A stretch of 64,000 bases of DNA. It comes from Auanema rhodensis. Taxonomy: Eukaryota; Animalia; Nematoda. The DNA is taken from the NCBI GenBank assembly GCA_964057225.1, contig CAXKVF010000072.1:496001-560000 (forward strand), in the 5' to 3' direction. This document shows, piece after piece, positions 54,927-64,000 of the stretch. Numbering within the stretch: position 1 is the stretch's first letter; each line of letters starts with the position of its first letter. The notes below the pieces were generated by a model. It saw only the letters and a list, made by a program, of their open reading frames with translations, did not search any database and was not told the DNA's origin. The translations under genes were made by a program, and so were the position numbers.

Positions 54927-57900
54927 TACCAAGTGCACATCACGTGTACATTTAATTAGCATAAATTAAAGTTCACGTAAATTTCAAAGTCATGGTTACC
55001 ATGCACCAATATCAATAAAAATTTGTTTTTAGACTAATATGGACATGGGGAATCTAATTTTGAAAACCGCATCTCTTCATATTTCACGTGAAGCGAGTTA
55101 CATACCAAGTGCACATCACGTGTACATTTAATTAGCATAAATTAAAGTTCACGTAAATTTCAAAGTCATGGTTACCATGAACCAATATCAATAAAAATTG
55201 GTTATTAGACTAATATGGACATGGGGAATCTAATTTTGAAAACCGCATCTCTTTATCTTTCACGTGAAGCGAGTTACATACCAAGTGCACATCACGTGTA
55301 CATTTAATTAGCATAAATTAAAGTTCACGTAAATTTCAAAGTCATGGTTACCATGCACCAATATCAATAAAAATTTGTTTTTAGACTAATATGGACATGG
55401 GGAATCTAATTTTGAAAACCGCATCTCTTTATCTTCCACGTGAAGCGAGTTACATACCAAGTGCACATCACGTGTACATTTAATTAGCATAAATTAAAGT
55501 TCACGTAAATTTCAAAGTCATGGTTACCATGAACCAATATCAATAAAAATTTGTTTTTAGACTAATATGTACATGGGGAATCTAATTTTGAAAACCGCAT
55601 CTCTTTATCTTTCACGTGAAGCGAGTTACATACCAAGTGCACATCACGTGTACATTTAATTAGCATAAATTAAAGTTCACGTAAATTTCAAAGTCATGGT
55701 TACCATGCACCAATATCAATAAAAATTTGTTTTTAGACTAATATGGACATGGGGAATCTAATGTTGAAAACCGCATCTTTTTATCTTTCACGTGAAGCGA
55801 GTTACATACCAAGTGCACATCACGTGTACATTTAATTAGCATAAATTAAAGTTCACGTAAATTTCAAAGTCATGGTTACCATGAACCAATATCAATAAAA
55901 ATTTGTTTTTAGACTAATATGGACATGGGGAATCTAATGTTGAAAACCGCATCTCTTTATCTTTCACGTGAAGCGAGTTACATACCAAGTGCACATCACG
56001 TGTACATTTAATTAGCATAAATTAAAGTTCACGTAAATTTCAAAGTCATGGTTACCATGAACCAATATCAATAAAAATTTGTTTTTAGACTAATATGGAC
56101 ATGGGGAATCTAATTTTGAAAACCGCATCTCTTTATCTTTCACGTGAAGCGAGTTACATACCAAGTGCACATCACGTGTACATTTAATTAGCATAAATTA
56201 AAGTTCACGTAAATTTCAAAGTCATGGTTACCATGCACCAATATCAATAAAAATTTGTTTTTAGACTAATATGGACATGGGGAATCTAATTTTGAAAACC
56301 GCATCTCTTTATCTTCCACGTGAAGCGAGTTACATACCAAGTGCACATCACGTGTACATTTAATTAGCATAAATTAAAGTTCACGTAAATTTCAAAGTCA
56401 TGGTTACCATGAACCAATATCAATAAAAATTTGTTTTTAGACTAATATGGACATGGGGAATCTAATTTTGAAAACCGCATCTCTTTATCTTCCACGTGAA
56501 GCGAGTTACATACCAAGTGCACATCACGTGTACATTTAATTAGCATAAATTAAAGTTCACGTAAATTTCAAAGTCATGGTTACCATGAACCAATATCAAT
56601 AAAAATTTGTTTTTAGACTAATATGGACATGGGGAATCAAATTTTGAAAACCGCATCTCTTTATCTTTCACGTGAAGCGAGTTACATACCAAGTGCACAT
56701 CACGTGTACATTTAATTAGCATAAATTAAAGTTCACGTAAATTTCAAAGTCATGGTTACCATGAACCAATATCAATAAAAATTTGTTTTTAGACTAATAT
56801 GGACATGGGGAATCTAATTTTGAAAACCGCATCACTTTATCTTTCACGTGAAGCGAGTTACATACCAAGTGCACATCACGTGTACATTTAATTAGCATAA
56901 ATTAAAGTTCACGTAAATTTCAAAGTCATGGTTACCATGCACCAATATCAATAAAAATTTGTTTTTAGACTAATATGGACATGGGGAATCTAATTTTGAA
57001 AACCGCATCTCTTTATCTTTCACGTGAAGCGAGTTACATACCAAGTGCACATCACGTGTACATTTAATTAGCATAAATTAAAGTTCACGTAAATTTCAAA
57101 GTCATGGTTACCATGAACCAATATCAATAAAAATTTGTTTTTAGACTAATATGGACATGGGGAATCTAATTTTGAAAACCGCATCACTTTATCTTTCACG
57201 TGAAGCGAGTTACATACCAAGTGCACATCACGTGTACATTTAATTAGCATAAATTAAAGTTCACGTAAATTTCAAAGTCATGGTTACCATGCACCAATAT
57301 CAATAAAAATTTGTTTTTAGACTAATATGGACATGGGGAATCTAATTTTGAAAACCGCATCTCTTCATATTTCACGTGAAGCGAGTTACATACCAAGTGC
57401 ACATCACGTGTACATTTAATTAGCATAAATTAAAGTTCACGTAAATTTCAAAGTCATGGTTACCATGAACCAATATCAATAAAAATTGGTTATTAGACTA
57501 ATATGGACATGGGGAATCCAATTTTGAAAACCGCATCTCTTTATCTTTCACGTGAAGCGAGTTACATACCAAGTGCACATCACGTGTACATTTAATTAGC
57601 ATAAATTAAAGTTCACGTAAATTTCAAAGTCATGGTTACCATGCACCAATATCAATAAAAATTTGTTTTTAGACTAATATGGACATGGGGAATCTAATTT
57701 TGAAAACCGCATCTCTTTATCTTCCACGTGAAGCGAGTTACATACCAAGTGCACATCACGTGTACATTTAATTAGCATAAATTAAAGTTCACGTAAATTT
57801 CAAAGTCATGGTTACCATGCACCAATATCAATAAAAATTTGTTTTTAGACTAATATGGACATGGGGAATCTAATTTTGAAAACCGCATCTCTTTATCTTT

Positions 57901-59854
57901 CACGTGAAGCGAGTTACATACCAAGTGCACATCACGTGTACATTTAATTAGCATAAATTAAAGTTCACGTAAATTTCAAAGTCATGGTTACCATTAACCA
58001 ATATCAATAAAAATTTGTTTTTAGACTAATATGGACATGGGGAATCTAATTTTGAAAACCGCATCTCTTTATCTTTCACGTGAAGCGAGTTACATACCAA
58101 GTGCACATCACGTGTACATTTAATTAGCATAAATTAAAGTTCACGTAAATTTCAAAGTCATGGTTACCATGCACCAATATCAATAAAAATTTGTTTTTAG
58201 ACTAATATGGACATGGGGAATCTAATGTTGAAAACCGCATCTCTTTATCTTTCACGTGAAGCGAGTTACATACCAAGTGCACATCACGTGCACATTTAAT
58301 TAGCATAAATTAAAGTTCACGTAAATTTCAAAGTCATGGTTACCATGCACCAATATCAATAAAAATTTGTTTTTAGACTAATATGGACATGGGGAATCTA
58401 ATGTTGAAAACCGCATCTTTTTATCTTTCACGTGAAGCGAGTTACATACCAAGTGCACATCACGTGTACATTTAATTAGCATAAATTAAAGTTCACGTAA
58501 ATTTCAAAGTCATGGTTACCATGAACCAATATCAATAAAAATTTGTTTTTAGACTAATATGGACATGGGGAATCTAATGTTGAAAACCGCATCTCTTTAT
58601 CTTTCACGTGAAGCGAGTTACATACCAAGTGCACATCACGTGTACATTTAATTAGCATAAATTAAAGTTCACGTAAATTTCAAAGTCATGGTTACCATGA
58701 ACCAATATCAATAAAAATTTGTTTTTAGACTAATATGGACATGGGGAATCTAATTTTGAAAACCGCATCTCTTTATCTTTCACGTGAAGCGAGTTACATA
58801 CCAAGTGCACATCACGTGTACATTTAATTAGCATAAATTAAAGTTCACGTAAATTTCAAAGTCATGGTTACCATGCACCAATATCAATAAAAATTTGTTT
58901 TTAGACTAATATGGACATGGGGAATATAATTTTGAAAACCGCATCTCTTTATCTTCCACGTGAAGCGAGTTACATACCAAGTGCACATCACGTGTACATT
59001 TAATTAGCATAAATTAAAGTTCACGTAAATTTCAAAGTCATGGTTACCATGAACCAATATCAATAAAAATTTGTTTTTAGACTAATATGGACATGGGGAA
59101 TCTAATTTTGAAAACCGCATCTCTTTATCTTCCACGTGAAGCGAGTTACATACCAAGTGCACATCACGTGTACATTTAATTAGCATAAATTAAAGTTCAC
59201 GTAAATTTCAAAGTCATGGTTACCATGAACCAATATCAATAAAAATTTGTTTTTAGACTAATATGGACATGGGGAATCAAATTTTGAAAACCGCATCTCT
59301 TTATCTTTCACGTGAAGCGAGTTACATACCAAGTGCACATCACGTGTACATTTAATTAGCATAAATTAAAGTTCACGTAAATTTCAAAGTCATGGTTACC
59401 ATGAACCAATATCAATAAAAATTTGTTTTTAGACTAATATGGACATGGGGAATCTAATTTTGAAAACCGCATCACTTTATCTTTCACGTGAAGCGAGTTA
59501 CATACCAAGTGCACATCACGTGTACATTTAATTAGCATAAATTAAAGTTCACGTAAATTTCAAAGTCATGGTTACCATGCACCAATATCAATAAAAATTT
59601 GTTTTTAGACTAATATGGACATGGGGAATCTAATTTTGAAAACCGCATCTCTTCATATTTCACGTGAAGCGAGTTACATACCAAGTGCACATCACGTGTA
59701 CATTTAATTAGCATAAATTAAAGTTCACGTAAATTTCAAAGTCATGGTTACCATGAACCAATATCAATAAAAATTGGTTATTAGACTAATATGGACATGG
59801 GGAATCTAATTTTGAAAACCGCATCTCTTTATCTTTCACGTGAAGCGAGTTACA
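54927..59854. repeat. Imperfect higher-order repeat with 13-monomer (2288 bp) marker spacing
   Basis: The AAAAATTGGTTATTAG variant monomer starts at 55103, 57391 and 59679, each preceded by an m152C+m155A monomer. The intervening monomers are only partly collinear. Confidence 0.75.
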
Positions 59855-62800
59855 TACCAAGTGCACATCACGTGTACATTTAATTAGCATAAATTAAAGT
59901 TCACGTAAATTTCAAAGTCATGGTTACCATGCACCAATATCAATAAAAATTTGTTTTTAGACTAATATGGACATGGGAAATCTAATTTTGAAAACCGCAT
60001 CTCTTTATCTTCCACGTGAAGCGAGTTACATACCAAGTGCACATCACGTGTACATTTAATTAGCATAAATTAAAGTTCACGTAAATTTCAAAGTCATGGT
60101 TACCATGAACCAATATCAATAAAAATTTGTTTTTAGACTAATATGTACATGGGGAATCTAATTTTGAAAACCGCATCTCTTTATCTTTCACGTGAAGCGA
60201 GTTACATACCAAGTGCACATCACGTGTACATTTAATTAGCATAAATTAAAGTTCACGTAAATTTCAAAGTCATGGTTACCATGCACCAATATCAATAAAA
60301 ATCTGTTTTTAGACTAATATGGACATGGGGAATCTAATTTTGAAAACCGCATCTCTTTATCTTTCACGTGAAGCGAGTTACATACCAAGTGCACATCACG
60401 TGTACATTTAATTAGCATAAATTAAAGTTCACGTAAATTTCAAAGTCATGGTTACCATGCACCAATATCAATAAAAATTTGTTTTTAGACTAATATGGAC
60501 ATGGGGAATCTAATTTTGAAAACCGCATCTCTTTATCTTTCACGTGAAGCGAGTTACATATCAAGTGCACATCACGTGTACATTTAATTAGCATAAATTA
60601 AAGTTCACGTAAATTTCAAAGTCATGGTTACCATTAACCAATATCAATAAAAATTTGTTTTTAGACTAATATGGACATGGGGAATCTAATTTTGAAAACC
60701 GCATCTCTTTATCTTTCACGTGAAGCGAGTTACATACCAAGTGCACATCACGTGTACATTTAATTAGCATAAATTAAAGTTCACGTAAATTTCAAAGTCA
60801 TGGTTACCATGCACCAATATCAATAAAAATTTGTTTTTAGACTAATATGGACATGGGGAATCTAATTTTGAAAACCGCATCTCTTTATCTTTCACGTGAA
60901 GCGAGTTACATACCAAGTGCACATCACGTGCACATTTAATTAGCATAAATTAAAGTTCACGTAAATTTCAAAGTCATGGTTACCATGCACCAATATCAAT
61001 AAAATTTTGTTTTTAGACTAATATGGACATGGGGAATCTAATGTTGAAAACCGCATCTCTTTATCTTTCACGTGAAGCGAGTTACATACCAAGTGCACAT
61101 CACGTGTACATTTAATTAGCATAAATTAAAGTTCACGTAAATTTCAAAGTCATGGTTACCATGAACCAATATCAATAAAAATTTGTTTTTAGACTAATAT
61201 GTACATGGGGAATCTAATTTTGAAAACCGCATCTCTTTATCTTTCACGTGAAGCGAGTTACATACCAAGTGCACATCACGTGTACAATTAATTAGCATAA
61301 ATTAAAGTTCACGTAAATTTCAAAGTCATGGTTACCATGCACCAATATCAATAAAAATTTGTTTTTAGACTAATATGGACATGGGGAATCTAATTTTGAA
61401 AACCGCATCTCTTTATCTTTCACGTGAAGCGAGTTACATACCAAGTGCACATCACGTGTACATTTAATTAGCATAAATTAAAGTTCACGTAAATTTCAAA
61501 GTCATGGTTACCATGAACCAATATCAATAAAAATTTGTATTTAGACTAATATGTACATGGGGAATCTAATTTTGAAAACCGCATCTCTTTATCTTTCACG
61601 TGAAGCGAGTTACATACCAAGTGCACATCACGTGTACAATTAATTAGCATAAATTAAAGTTCACGTAAATTTCAAAGTCATGGTTACCATGAACCAATAT
61701 CAATAAAAATTTGTTTTTAGACTAATATGGACATGGGGAATCTAATTTTGAAAACCGCATTTCTTTATCTTTCACGTGAAGCGAGTTACATACCAAGTGC
61801 ACATCACGTGTACATTTAATTAGCATAAATTAAAGTTCACGTAAATTTCAAAGTCATGGTTACCATGAACCAATATCAATAAAAATTTGTTTTTAGACTA
61901 ATATGGACATGGGGAATCAAATTTTGAAAACCGCATCTCTTTATCTTTCACGTGAAGCGAGTTACATACCAAGTGCACATCACGTGTACATTTAATTAGC
62001 ATAAATTAAAGTTCACGTAAATTTCAAAGTCATGGTTACCATGAACCAGTATCAATAAAAATTTGTTTTTAGACTAATATGGACATGGGGAATCTAATTT
62101 TGAAAACCGCATCACTTTATCTTTCACGTGAAGCGAGTTACATTCCAAGTGCACATCACGTGTACATTTAATTAGCATAAATTAAAGTTCACGTAAATTT
62201 CAAAGTCATGGTTACCATGCACCAATATCAATAAAAATTTGTTTTTAGACTAATATGGACATGGGGAATCTAATGTTGAAAACCGCATCTTTTTATCTTT
62301 CACGTGAAGCGAGTTACATACCAAGTGCACATCACGTGTACATTTAATTAGCATAAATTAAAGTTCACGTAAATTTCAAAGTCATGGTTACCATGAACCA
62401 ATATCAATAAAAATTTGTTTTTAGACTAATATGGACATGGGGAATCTAATTTTGAAAACCGCATCTCTTTATCTTTCACGTGAAGCGAGTTACATACCAA
62501 GTGCACATCACGTGTACTTTTAATCAGCATAAATTAAAGTTCACGTAAATTTCAAAGTCATGGTTACCATGCACCAATATCAATAAAAATTTGTTTTTAG
62601 ACTAATATGGACATGGGGAATCTAATTTTGAAAACCGCATCTCTTTATCTTCCACGTGAAGCGAGTTACATACCAAGTGCACATCACGTGTACATTTAAT
62701 TAGCATAAATTAAAGTTCACGTAAATTTCAAAGTCATGGTTACCATGAACCAATATCAATAAAAATTTGTTTTTAGACTAATATGGACATGGGGAATCTA

Positions 62801-64000
62801 ATTTTGAAAACCGCATCTCTTTATCTTCCACGTGAAGCGAGTTACATACCAAGTGCACATCACGTGTACATTTAATTAGCATAAATTAAAGTTCACGTAA
62901 ATTTCAAAGTCATGGTTACCATGAACCAATATCAATAAAAATTTGTTTTTAGACTAATATGGACATGGGGAATCAAATTTTGAAAACCGCATCTCTTTAT
63001 CTTTCACGTGAAGCGAGTTACATACCAAGTGCACATCACGTGTACATTTAATTAGCATAAATTAAAGTTCACGTAAATTTCAAAGTCATGGTTACCATGA
63101 ACCAATATCAATAAAAATTTGTTTTTAGACTAATATGGACATGGGGAATCTAATTTTGGAAACCGCATCACTTTATCTTTCACGTGAAGCGAGTTACATA
63201 CCAAGTGCACATCACGTGTACATTTAATTAGCATAAATTAAAGTTCACGTAAATTTCAAAGTCATGGTTACCATGCACCAATATCAATAAAAATTTGTTT
63301 TTAGACTAATATGGACATGGGGAATCTAATTTTGAAAACCGCATCTCTTTATCTTTCACGTGAAGCGAGTTACATACCAAGTGCACATCACGTGTACATT
63401 TAATTAGCATAAATTAAAGTTCACGTAAATTTCAAAGTCATGGTTACCATTAACCAATATCAATAAAAATTTGTTTTTAGACTAATATGGACATGGGGAA
63501 TCTAATTTTGAAAACCGCATCTCTTTATCTTTCACGTGAAGCGAGTTACATACCAAGTGCACATCACGTGTACATTTAATTAGCATAAATTAAAGTTCAC
63601 GTAAATTTCAAAGTCATGGTTACTATGAAGCAATATCAATAAAAATTTGTTTTTAGACTAATATGGACATGGGGAAGCTAATTTTGAAAACCGCATCTCT
63701 TTATCTTTCACGTGAAGCGAGTTACATACCAAGTGCACATCACGTGTACAATTAATTAGCATAAATTAAAGTTCACGTAAATTTCAAAGTCATGGTTACC
63801 ATTAACCAATATCAATAAAAATTTGTTTTTAGACTAATATGGACATGGGGAATCTAATTTTGAAAACCGCATCTCTTTATCTTTCACGTGAAGCGAGTTA
63901 CATATCAAGTGCACATCACGTGTACATTTAATTAGCATAAATTAAAGTTCACGTAAATTTCAAAGTCATGGTTACCATTAACCAATATCAATAAAAATTT

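Larger units (their letters stand above)
1..64000. repeat. 176 bp tandem satellite DNA array, 363 complete monomers plus a 98 bp partial, all in the same orientation; candidate centromeric/pericentromeric satellite
   Basis: The unit TACCAAGTGCAC...GAGTTACA recurs at 1, 177, 353 ... 63903. 63902 bp minus 14 inserted bases equals 363 x 176. The first monomer has 56/176 G+C. The array runs off both ends of the window. The centromeric role is inferred only. Confidence 0.99.

Noticed and set aside
1-64000. CRISPR array or other repeat-spacer system
   Set aside because: There are no unique spacers: the entire 176 bp unit is repeated, and no cas or other genes are present.
1-64000. Monomer variant order as an information-bearing code
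   Set aside because: The order is adequately explained by nested duplication, deletion and recombination of neutral variants; nothing in the window indicates a reading mechanism.

Overview
The whole 64 kb window is one uninterrupted, head-to-tail, single-orientation tandem satellite array. The monomer is 176 bp and about 68% AT: TACCAAGTGCACATCACGTGTACATTTAATTAGCATAAATTAAAGTTCACGTAAATTTCAAAGTCATGGTTACCATG[A/C]ACCAATATCAATAAAAATTTGTTTTTAGACTAATATGGACATGGGGAATCTAATTTTGAAAACCGCATCTCTTTATCTTTCACGTGAAGCGAGTTACA. Tracking the register by hand gives 363 complete monomers plus a 98 bp partial one (350 of 176 bp, 12 of 177 bp, 1 of 178 bp). Copies differ from the consensus at 0-5 sites. I see no genes, RNA genes, transposon insertions, inversions or CRISPR spacers, and the two 60 aa ORFs are by-products of one stop-removing substitution in a duplicated monomer. 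Monomer length, AT content and homogeneity fit a eukaryotic centromeric or pericentromeric satellite (inference; I do not recognise the family or species). The informative structure is at two levels. Inside the monomer there are three TCACGT cores 32-33 bp apart, several dyad symmetries and a 29 bp nearly mutation-free block. Across the array, diagnostic variants record nested duplications of 2 to 35 monomers rather than one fixed higher-order repeat. I found no evidence for a novel protein-coding system. 'mN' means position N within the monomer, numbered as window positions 1-176. All variant tallies were read by eye.
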